Positions 15,365 through 23,661 of a stretch of DNA of 34,807 bases are shown piece by piece. Positions within the stretch are counted from its first letter, which is position 1, and every line of letters starts with the position of its first letter. Position numbers and translations under genes: made by a program. Source of the stretch: a virus (lineage: Duplodnaviria; Caudoviricetes); IMG/VR virus record IMGVR_UViG_3300003375_000077, positions 1-34,807 of that record; one strand, 5' to 3'. Under the pieces are notes generated by a model that ran no database searches, was not told the origin of the DNA, and saw only the letters and a list, made by a program, of their open reading frames with translations.

Positions 15365-15654
15365 TGAGCGCTCCTCTTTCATCTAAATTACCTTGGGAGT
15401 CAATGAATCCGATTCTTGCATCTAGCTTGAATCCTATTATCTCAATGCCTCAATCTAGTGGTTCAATTCTTAGAAATATTACTTTGGTTGCTGGATCGAA
15501 CACAATAAATCACGGACTCGGTCGAATGATGCAAGGATGGACGATAACAGATTTAAATGCGTCCGCTACAATATATAGAAGTCAACCGCTTAACAGCATA
15601 ACCCTAACCCTGACTGCTTCTGCTCCATGCACAGTCAATATTGAGGTGTTTTGA
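15364..15654 (+). CDS. Small structural protein (INHGLGR motif)
   Basis: ATG 15364 overlaps the upstream stop; the TINHGLGRMMQGW beta module is common in phage tail proteins. Confidence 0.7.
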   Translation: MSAPLSSKLPWESMNPILASSLNPIISMPQSSGSILRNITLVAGSNTINHGLGRMMQGWTITDLNASATIYRSQPLNSITLTLTASAPCTVNIEVF

Positions 15655-15655
15655 T

Positions 15656-16699
15656 ATGGTACAAACTCCAAACATGTCCTTAATCCAGCCAGTAGTTGGA
15701 ATAGATTCTGGGTTAACCTGGGAGAACGCAGCTAACTCTAACAGTTCAATTTTAGACGGACATAACCACACTCCTGGTTACGGAGTTCCGATTACTCCAA
15801 GTGGATTCAATATAAATTCACCTCTTTCTTTTCAAAATCAACCGGCTATCAATCTTCAATCTACAGTTTTTAATCAACAGTCATCATTATCAACTTTAAA
15901 TGCTTTATTCGTTGGAACTGATGGAAATTTATATTTCAATGACGGATCCGGTAATTCTATTAAGGTCACATACGGAGGATCTGTAAATGCTACAGCTTCT
16001 GGTATCTCTAGCGGTACAGCATCAGCATCATTCGTTTCAGGTGTTTTGACAGTTCTTTCCGCAAGTCTTACTCCTGCCAATATTTCCGGTGGTTCAATTC
16101 TTTTGGGGAATAATACTTCTGGGACTAAGTATTTAACGCTCTCTCCACCTAGTGCGATTGCTGCAAACTATACTTTAACCCTTCCTTCAATTCCTGCATC
16201 TACGGGATTCATGCAGATTGATAATTCTGGTAACATGTCTGCAGTTATTCCAACGACTAACGGTATCACTAGAACAAATCTTGCAGCGGTAGGTCAGCAA
16301 GTTAGTGGAAGCTCTGGATCTTATTCTACCACTAGCACTTCGTATGTAATCCCTACGAACCTGAGCGTTACAATAACTACGACTGGTAGGCCTGTTATTA
16401 TCGCTCTCATTCCAGACGGTAGCGCTAACGATTGTGGTTTTGTTTACGCAACCACAGGAACCGGTTACATAACTCCTTGTTCGGTTGCTCTTTATAGCAA
16501 TTTTACTTTCTTAGCTAACTTTGTACCTGGTGGCGGATTTACTGCAGCTACAAGTGGAACGTACTTTAATTTTCCTGCCTCGATGGTTTACTACATCGAT
16601 ACTCCTGCGGCTGGTACATATTCGTATTTTATACAAGTGAAGAACGCCTCATCATATCTTGGTGTTTATTACATGAAATTGGTGGCATACGAGTTATGA
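15656..16699 (+). CDS. Tail fibre / spike-like protein
   Basis: GAGGTG RBS; TPNMSLIQP…LDGHNHTPGYG anchor, NYTLTLP fibre motif, beta-sandwich C-terminus (LSVTITTTGRPV…DTPAAGTYSY). Confidence 0.7.
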   Translation: MVQTPNMSLIQPVVGIDSGLTWENAANSNSSILDGHNHTPGYGVPITPSGFNINSPLSFQNQPAINLQSTVFNQQSSLSTLNALFVGTDGNLYFNDGSGNSIKVTYGGSVNATASGISSGTASASFVSGVLTVLSASLTPANISGGSILLGNNTSGTKYLTLSPPSAIAANYTLTLPSIPASTGFMQIDNSGNMSAVIPTTNGITRTNLAAVGQQVSGSSGSYSTTSTSYVIPTNLSVTITTTGRPVIIALIPDGSANDCGFVYATTGTGYITPCSVALYSNFTFLANFVPGGGFTAATSGTYFNFPASMVYYIDTPAAGTYSYFIQVKNASSYLGVYYMKLVAYEL

Positions 16700-19600
16700 A
16701 ACAGAACGTTTCAATTAACTTTAGCCAAGGTCTAAATACAAAAACGGACCAATGGCAAGTCCCACTAGGACAATTTGAAAATCTACAAAATAGCATCTTT
16801 CAAAAAGGTGGATTGCTTCAGAAAAGAAACGGATATGGTCAGCTTTCATCAACTTCACCAAATGTTTCTTACATAACTACTTTGAATGATAACTTGACTG
16901 CGATCGGGTCCACTGTAAGCGCTTTTTCAAGTTCATTAAATAAATGGATAACAAAGGGGACTCTACAACCTTGTTCTCTTAGTACCTTGCCATTAATTAG
17001 AAACAATCTTAATCAAGTCTGTGCTGATTCAACTATTTCAAATGGAATGGTTCTGACTGCATACACACAAGTTAACGCGACTACTTATTCTTATTTTTTT
17101 TCAATCGCTGATTCAACTACTGGTCAAAACATTGTTAGTCCTACATCAATCCCTGTTCTGAGTGGTGGAACTATAAACGGTTCATCGAGAGTTTTTGTAG
17201 TTGGAAATTACTTCTTAATTGTAAGCCCTGTTAATGTAAGTGGCGTTACTTACCTTCAATATGTCAGTATTCCGGTAAGCAATCCCTCTAATGTTTCTGC
17301 AGCTCAAAATGTTACCGCTGAAGTTTATGTACCACTTGGAACTTCTCCTGGATGGGATGGAGTCGCGATAAACAATTCATCTAATAACACTCTTGTGATT
17401 GCATACAATAGCACTACCACTGCACAAGGTGTTCACGTTGCATCTTTAACATCAAGCCAAATAGCTTCTAATTCTGCATCTACTGTAATCTCTCAATTTA
17501 ATTCGTCATCTTATGCAGCAAGCATAATAAGCGTGTGCGTTGATTTAACTGTAAATCCAAATTTATTTTACATTTCTTTTTATAACTCGGGAACGACTAA
17601 CGGTTATATTTGTTCGGTATCAATAGGATTCAATTCCATAAATCAAGTTCTTTCGCCTGTGGAGATCATCTCAGGATATGGTGTACAAAACATTGCAAGC
17701 GCCGCTCAGAACAATGTGTGCACAGTGTTCGCCGACATATCTCATAACTATGGATATGATAATTCAATCCCTTCAAATTATATCGGAACGATAAACGTTT
17801 CTAGCGCTGGATCTGTTGTGTCTTCATTCATTGGAGTTAGATCTATTGGGCTCGCATCAAAAGCATTTATTCAAAATGGTACAATATATTTTCTGGGCGC
17901 TTATCAAAGTACTTATCAACCTTCTTATTTCTTAATCAATGGGAGTAAATCTACTGCCTCCTCTCCTGTTATAGTCTCAAAGCTTGCATATGAAAATGGA
18001 GGTGGCTATTTGACGTATGGAATACCAAGCGTTTCACAAGCTAACGGGATCGCATCGATCGCGTATCTTTATAAAGATCTTGTCGAAGCTCTGAATACCT
18101 TGAACACTCCTCAGCAAAATACAGCCGGCGGTATTTATTCACAGACTGGAATTAATCTAGTTAATTTTTATGTTCAAACTACAGATATTGATTCTGTAGA
18201 AATAGCTAAAAATCTGCATATATCAGGAGGTTTTCTAGCTCAATATGACGGTTATTTACCTGTTGAGCATAACTTTTTCTTATTTCCTGATTCTATCGAA
18301 TGCACTTACACAGCTTCTTCTACTGTAACTCCTACAGGAACTGCTAGTTCTGGATCTAATACGATTACAGTTTCAAGTGCTACCGGAATTTATGCGGGAA
18401 TGACCATTTCTGATTCTACTAATTCCACTTACATTCCATCGGGTGCAACGGTTCTATCTGTCAGTGGAACGACAGTAGTCATGAGTGCGAATACAACTCA
18501 TGCAATTTCTGGGGATACACTTTCTATTCAAGGAAATATTTCAGCAAAACCAGACGGGTCAACGAACACAAATGCTTATTATTACCAAGCAACTTACGAA
18601 TGGTCGGATAACAACGGATTGATTTATAGATCCGCTCCTTCTATTCCTGTGTCTGTTACGACCACGGGATCCAGTACGAATGGAACGATATCGATTAACG
18701 TTCCTACTTTAAGACTAACATCGAAGATTTCAAATCCTGTAAAGATTGTCATTTATAGATGGTCAGTAAAGAATCAAGTCTATCAGCAAGTGACTTCTAT
18801 CACTTCTCCAGTTTTGAATAATACAACGGTTGATTATGTAACTTTTGTAGACACTCTTCCCGATGCTTCTATCGTTGGTAACAACATCATTTATACAACA
18901 GGTGGAGTGGTCGCGGATTGTAACGGTCCAAGCTCTACAATAATGACCCTTTTTGATACTCGTCTTTGGATGGTAGACGCTGAGAATCCCAATACCCTTT
19001 GGGTTTCTAAACAAGTAATTCCAAACACTCCTGTCGAGATGAGTCAGCAATTTACCATATTCGTTTCTCCGACTACTGGCACAGTAAATTCTCTAGGTCC
19101 AATTACTGCCCTTTTTCCAATGGATGACAAGCTGATTATTTTCTTCGAAAATGGGATATATTATATCAACGGAGTAGGACCCGATAATTTAGGCACTACC
19201 TCTGTAGGTTGCTCTCTAGGGAATTATTCTCAACCCATTTACATAACTACCGTGGCAGGATGTAATAATCAGCAATCTATCGTATTAACTCAAAACGGTT
19301 TGATGTTTCAGAGTGATAAAGGAATTTATAGACTAGATAGAAATCTGGCCATGGAATATGTCGGCGCTCCTGTTGAAGCGTTTAATGGTTACACAGTAAA
19401 CAGTGCGAATCTAATTCCTGAGACAAACTATGTTTTGTTTACTCTGTCTGGGACTAATCAGTTCTTGATGTACGATTACTACTATGGGCAATGGGGAACG
19501 TTCTCAGGGATCTCCGCAATATCTAGCTGTATCTATCAGGGATACCATACGCTTATTGATCAATTTGGAAGGATTCTTCAAGAAAACCCTGGTTCATTTC

Positions 19601-20043
19601 TGGATGTTGATAATCCTGTTTTGATGAACTTCACTACTTCATGGATTAACATCGCATCACTCCAAGGATACGAACGGTTCATTGATTTCTATATCTTGGC
19701 GAAGTACTTGAGCCCACACAGTCTACTTTGTAGCGTTTCTTACGATTACAATAGCTCGACATTCAATCAAAAATTAATCACTCCACAGAATTTCTCATAC
19801 ACAACCCCAAGTCCTTTTGGTGCTCCGACTCCTTATGGATCTGTTGGAAATGTTGAGCAGTGGAGAATACACGCTAAGCAGCAATTGTGTCAGTCTTTCC
19901 AATTGTCCATTAGTGAAATTTTCAATCCTGCTTATGGAACTATTCCTGGAGCTGGATTCACAATGTCCGGAATGACTGCCCGAGTAGAAATTAAGAAAGG
20001 CACGAGACCTATACGCGGTGGAAATTCTGCTGGAATGTCTTAA
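16696..20043 (+). CDS. Tail nozzle / stabilization protein (tubular B, P22 gp10-like position)
   Basis: 1115 aa; FSQGLNTKTD…LQNSIFQKGGLLQKRNG N-terminus, beta-propeller-like strands, YDYYYGQWGTF; located before the ejection genes. Confidence 0.75.
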   Translation: MKQNVSINFSQGLNTKTDQWQVPLGQFENLQNSIFQKGGLLQKRNGYGQLSSTSPNVSYITTLNDNLTAIGSTVSAFSSSLNKWITKGTLQPCSLSTLPLIRNNLNQVCADSTISNGMVLTAYTQVNATTYSYFFSIADSTTGQNIVSPTSIPVLSGGTINGSSRVFVVGNYFLIVSPVNVSGVTYLQYVSIPVSNPSNVSAAQNVTAEVYVPLGTSPGWDGVAINNSSNNTLVIAYNSTTTAQGVHVASLTSSQIASNSASTVISQFNSSSYAASIISVCVDLTVNPNLFYISFYNSGTTNGYICSVSIGFNSINQVLSPVEIISGYGVQNIASAAQNNVCTVFADISHNYGYDNSIPSNYIGTINVSSAGSVVSSFIGVRSIGLASKAFIQNGTIYFLGAYQSTYQPSYFLINGSKSTASSPVIVSKLAYENGGGYLTYGIPSVSQANGIASIAYLYKDLVEALNTLNTPQQNTAGGIYSQTGINLVNFYVQTTDIDSVEIAKNLHISGGFLAQYDGYLPVEHNFFLFPDSIECTYTASSTVTPTGTASSGSNTITVSSATGIYAGMTISDSTNSTYIPSGATVLSVSGTTVVMSANTTHAISGDTLSIQGNISAKPDGSTNTNAYYYQATYEWSDNNGLIYRSAPSIPVSVTTTGSSTNGTISINVPTLRLTSKISNPVKIVIYRWSVKNQVYQQVTSITSPVLNNTTVDYVTFVDTLPDASIVGNNIIYTTGGVVADCNGPSSTIMTLFDTRLWMVDAENPNTLWVSKQVIPNTPVEMSQQFTIFVSPTTGTVNSLGPITALFPMDDKLIIFFENGIYYINGVGPDNLGTTSVGCSLGNYSQPIYITTVAGCNNQQSIVLTQNGLMFQSDKGIYRLDRNLAMEYVGAPVEAFNGYTVNSANLIPETNYVLFTLSGTNQFLMYDYYYGQWGTFSGISAISSCIYQGYHTLIDQFGRILQENPGSFLDVDNPVLMNFTTSWINIASLQGYERFIDFYILAKYLSPHSLLCSVSYDYNSSTFNQKLITPQNFSYTTPSPFGAPTPYGSVGNVEQWRIHAKQQLCQSFQLSISEIFNPAYGTIPGAGFTMSGMTARVEIKKGTRPIRGGNSAGMS

Positions 20044-20064
20044 TGGCCATCTATTCATTAGTGA
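20044..20064 (+). promoter_or_regulatory. Putative late promoter motif copy 3 (TGGCCA-TCTAT-TCAT-TAGTGA)
   Basis: Begins immediately after the nozzle stop codon, upstream of the ejection module. Confidence 0.7.
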
Positions 20065-20091
20065 GCAGACAGCTTTCAAAGGAAGTCTAAA

Positions 20092-21948
20092 ATGGGAATG
20101 ACGCACGACAAAAAATTAGAATTTCTTCATAAGATCGCAAAGCTTGGAACTGGAATTTCTCCACTTGAGGGAGTTCAACATTTAGATGCTGGCGGTGTCG
20201 CTGGTCCCGCTGTAGCAGCTGGAAATGATCAAAATACAAACGGAGCTGGAGTTATTGGGGCCGTCAATGGGCTGATCGGATTAAATAATAACTTTTCAGC
20301 TCAAGGTGTGAATGTTCAGGCTGGAACTAATGCGGGTCAATTAAATCAGGCTTATCAAGGCGCTCAAAGTGGAATAGCTCAACAGCAAGGAGTATCGAAT
20401 GCTCTTGCTCCAGGTTTAGCACAAGGTGCAAACTCTGAAGCAGCGATTGCTAATCAATACGCTAACGAAGCAGCTGGAAATGGTCCAAATCCTGCTCAGG
20501 CAGCTTTAAATCAATCGACAGGTCAGAACATAGCACAGACTGCCGCTCTCATGGCAGGCCAACGTGGAGCTGGAGCGAACGCAGGTAATTTGGCAGTAAA
20601 CGCTGCACAACTTGGAGCTGGAACACAACAGCAAGCGGTTGGACAAGCAGCTACACTTCAAGCAGAACAACAATTAGCAGCTCAACAGCAAGGGGCTAAC
20701 CTTGCGAATGCTCAAGTCTCCCAAGCTCAAAATGCTGTCACAGGATTAAATCAAGTAAATCAAAACGAGCAAAACATTTTACAAGGAGCTAACACCTCTT
20801 TCAATAATGCAAACGTCGGGATGCAGTCTAACATAAACAATGTTAATGCTGGAATTTCTACAGCTAATCAAAACATGAACGCCAATACTCTTGGTGGAAT
20901 TTTGAATGGTGCATCGGGTGCCGTTTCTGCAATTGGTTCGATGGTGGGGTTCGCGCATGGTGGATTAGTAAAAATGGACAAAGGCGGTAACGTTCTTGAT
21001 GCAAACGCTAGAAAGCATATTGCTCCTGAGCATTTTGCTCTACCTGGAAGACGTTATCCAATCCATGATATCGAGCACGCAAGAAATGCACTAGCTAGAG
21101 TTTCTCAAAATGGTTCACCTGCTGAGAAAGCAAAAGTAAAAGCAGCTGTTCACAAGAAATACCCTTCATTAGCTGGAAAGAAAATGGCTGAAGGTGGTGA
21201 GGTAGAACAACAGTTCCAACCGACTTCTTCAGATACTTCAAATGGTCCATCGATTCCTGCTACTGAAGCACTTCCAGCCGATCAAACTAACTTCTCATCC
21301 GCTGTCTCTGGAGGAGGTAAATCAGGTGGAGGTGCATCGAGCGCAGCTTCTCTTGCTCCTGCATTGGCAGCAATGTTTAACGGTGGAGAAGTTAAACATG
21401 GATTTATGAAAGCTAGAATGATGGCGCTTGGTGGATACGTTCCACCTCAAAGTCTATCCCCTGGTGGATCCATTTCAGCTCCTCAATCTTTTGTAGGACA
21501 GTTTGTTAATACTCAACCAAATGTTTCTAATGGTCCAAATATTGGGACTATGGGAGCGCTTCCAGTTGATCAAACTAATTTTTCACAAATTGCAAAACAG
21601 AATAAAAAATCCAATCCTCAAACTTTAACAGCAACTAGAGACATAGACACAACAGGGCAAAATATTGGAGCTACTGACTTAGTTCCTGATTCAAACATGC
21701 CTGGAGGAGATGTTGGAGAGCAATACGCTTACAGAGGCGGTCTAGCTGCTACAGGTGGAAGAGTGAACCCAGACGGTAAAGATGAAAGAGCCGTTGTTAA
21801 GGGTGATTCACTTAAGAACGACAAGGTTCCCACAATGCTTTCACAAGGTGAAATTGTAATTCCTAGACACATTACAATGTCAGACAGAGCCCCAGAAAAG
21901 GCCGCTGCATTCGTGGCTGAAACTCTAGCCAAAAGAAAGAAGGCATAA
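20092..21948 (+). CDS. Ejection / DNA-pilot-like internal virion protein, modular, with repeated xxGG motifs, a DUF6582-like domain and a C-terminal D..P.MLS.GE.V domain
   Basis: Q/N/A/G-rich helical region; FALPGRRYPIHDIEHARNALARV; GDSLKNDKVPTMLSQGEIVIPR. Confidence 0.75.
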   Translation: MGMTHDKKLEFLHKIAKLGTGISPLEGVQHLDAGGVAGPAVAAGNDQNTNGAGVIGAVNGLIGLNNNFSAQGVNVQAGTNAGQLNQAYQGAQSGIAQQQGVSNALAPGLAQGANSEAAIANQYANEAAGNGPNPAQAALNQSTGQNIAQTAALMAGQRGAGANAGNLAVNAAQLGAGTQQQAVGQAATLQAEQQLAAQQQGANLANAQVSQAQNAVTGLNQVNQNEQNILQGANTSFNNANVGMQSNINNVNAGISTANQNMNANTLGGILNGASGAVSAIGSMVGFAHGGLVKMDKGGNVLDANARKHIAPEHFALPGRRYPIHDIEHARNALARVSQNGSPAEKAKVKAAVHKKYPSLAGKKMAEGGEVEQQFQPTSSDTSNGPSIPATEALPADQTNFSSAVSGGGKSGGGASSAASLAPALAAMFNGGEVKHGFMKARMMALGGYVPPQSLSPGGSISAPQSFVGQFVNTQPNVSNGPNIGTMGALPVDQTNFSQIAKQNKKSNPQTLTATRDIDTTGQNIGATDLVPDSNMPGGDVGEQYAYRGGLAATGGRVNPDGKDERAVVKGDSLKNDKVPTMLSQGEIVIPRHITMSDRAPEKAAAFVAETLAKRKKA

Positions 21949-23661
21949 ATGAAACCCATGCCATTAAACTTAAAAGGCGCTAAAAAGATATCGAGCGATA
22001 AAAATAGTAGCACTTTTGCCTTAAAAAATGGGCATCAAATGAAAATCGTTCACTCTGCATTATCTCCTGAACATAGAGAGATGATTGAAAAGCTTCCACT
22101 TCATAAAGCTAGTGGTGGTGATATTTCAGACATCACAGGAGAGGGTGGCTCTTCTAAAGAAGGAGTTCCTGACGCTTTACCTCCGGTACAAACACAACCA
22201 GATCCATCTTTAGCGTCAAGTGTTGGCTCTTATATTGGAAAAAATGTTGGTCAATCTATAGGCGATGTTGAAGATGCTTTAGGAAAGATTGCAAAACCTG
22301 TTACTGGTGCTGTTGGAGATTTTATAAGTGGTTTAGTTAATCCAGATGGACAGTTAAGCACTCCTATAACTAATAAACCTATAAATAATCAACCTATAAC
22401 TAATCAATCTATAGCTAGTCAGCCTACTCCGTCTGAAAGAAATCTTGCATCGTCAGTTCCAAATGATGAAGCTACTTCTACGTCGTCCGAAACATCGGCG
22501 GCTCCACTTAATGTAAACGCTCTTTACCAGCAAGGCGTTAAAGGGATTAATGAACAAAAGCAAGTAGAGCAAGATCTAGCTCAAAAGAATGCTCGCACTG
22601 AATACAATGACATAGGTGCTAGACAAAATGTATTAGATGCATTCAAAAGAAATACCGAAGACTTTCAAAATCAACAGCAATTATTCATGCAAGATTATGC
22701 GAATAATCATATTGACCCAAATCACTTTTTTGAGAATCAAACAACTCCTCAAAAAGTAGCGACAGCCATTGGTTTATTTTTGGGGGGTTGGTCTTCTGCT
22801 TATACTAAACAAGGAAATCCAGCGATGGACTTTCTCAATAAGCAAATCGATAGAGACATGCAAGCTCAACAGTCTAGATTAGGACAGCAAAAAACATTGC
22901 TTGAAGCTAATCAAAATCTTTACCATGATAACGTCATGGCCAATAATGCGACACGAATGCAATTGAATGATATTTATGCGCATGAAATGCAATTGAACGC
23001 TACAAAGTTAGGAACTCCACAAGCTCAAGCGAAGGCCGATATGGCTAAAGCTCAATGGGGCATACAAAATCAACAGTTATTGCAGCAAAATGCAATTAGA
23101 GCCGCTGCACTTCATGACATTCAAAAGAATGGCGGTGCAGGTGTTGACGCTATGACTCTCGGTGCGGCTGGATTAATCCCACAAGAGGAAGCTGCAAAAG
23201 AACAAAAAGAACTCGACTCGCAAAAAAATGCGATCATGGCGACTAATAGTTTATTCAAACAAATGAATAAAGAGCAAACTGCAATGAATTGGCTTAATCC
23301 TGAATCATCTAGACGTGAAGCAGCTTTAAATGCTCAATTAGTTAATACAGTCATGGAAGCGAGCCCATCGAAGAGATTGACTCGTGAATCTATTGAACAA
23401 GAAATCAAACCTTTCGAAATAAATACGAGTGATACTGAAGAGTCTAGGCTCGCAAAACAAAATGGAGTTTTAAATTTAATTGGAAAAGTTGCAGCTGGAA
23501 CCACTCCATATATGCAACGTTATGCGCATAATGCTCTTCCAGTTTATCCATTCCAACAAGCTTCACTCCCTCAAGCTCAAAAGGGTTTTCAATTAGGCCA
23601 AACGGCTTTCAATCCTAAAACAGGTCAAACCCTTACATGGGACGGTAAAGGTTGGAGATAA
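21949..23661 (+). CDS. Ejection (internal virion) protein 2
   Basis: Q/N-rich coiled coil with hydrophobic AIGLFLGGW, NPAMDFLNKQIDRD, C-terminal AFNPKTGQTLTWDGKGW. Confidence 0.72.
   Translation: MKPMPLNLKGAKKISSDKNSSTFALKNGHQMKIVHSALSPEHREMIEKLPLHKASGGDISDITGEGGSSKEGVPDALPPVQTQPDPSLASSVGSYIGKNVGQSIGDVEDALGKIAKPVTGAVGDFISGLVNPDGQLSTPITNKPINNQPITNQSIASQPTPSERNLASSVPNDEATSTSSETSAAPLNVNALYQQGVKGINEQKQVEQDLAQKNARTEYNDIGARQNVLDAFKRNTEDFQNQQQLFMQDYANNHIDPNHFFENQTTPQKVATAIGLFLGGWSSAYTKQGNPAMDFLNKQIDRDMQAQQSRLGQQKTLLEANQNLYHDNVMANNATRMQLNDIYAHEMQLNATKLGTPQAQAKADMAKAQWGIQNQQLLQQNAIRAAALHDIQKNGGAGVDAMTLGAAGLIPQEEAAKEQKELDSQKNAIMATNSLFKQMNKEQTAMNWLNPESSRREAALNAQLVNTVMEASPSKRLTRESIEQEIKPFEINTSDTEESRLAKQNGVLNLIGKVAAGTTPYMQRYAHNALPVYPFQQASLPQAQKGFQLGQTAFNPKTGQTLTWDGKGWR
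22363..22422 (+). repeat. 15-bp tandem repeat (PITNK/PINNQ/PITNQ/SIASQ)
   Basis: cctataactaataaa cctataaataatcaa cctataactaatcaa tctatagctagtcag. Confidence 0.8.

Noticed and set aside
20092-21948. Tape measure protein or ubiquitin-like conjugation system
   Set aside because: No tail tube or sheath genes support a long tail, and I see no beta-grasp, E1, E2 or JAB protein to make the GG motifs ubiquitin-like.
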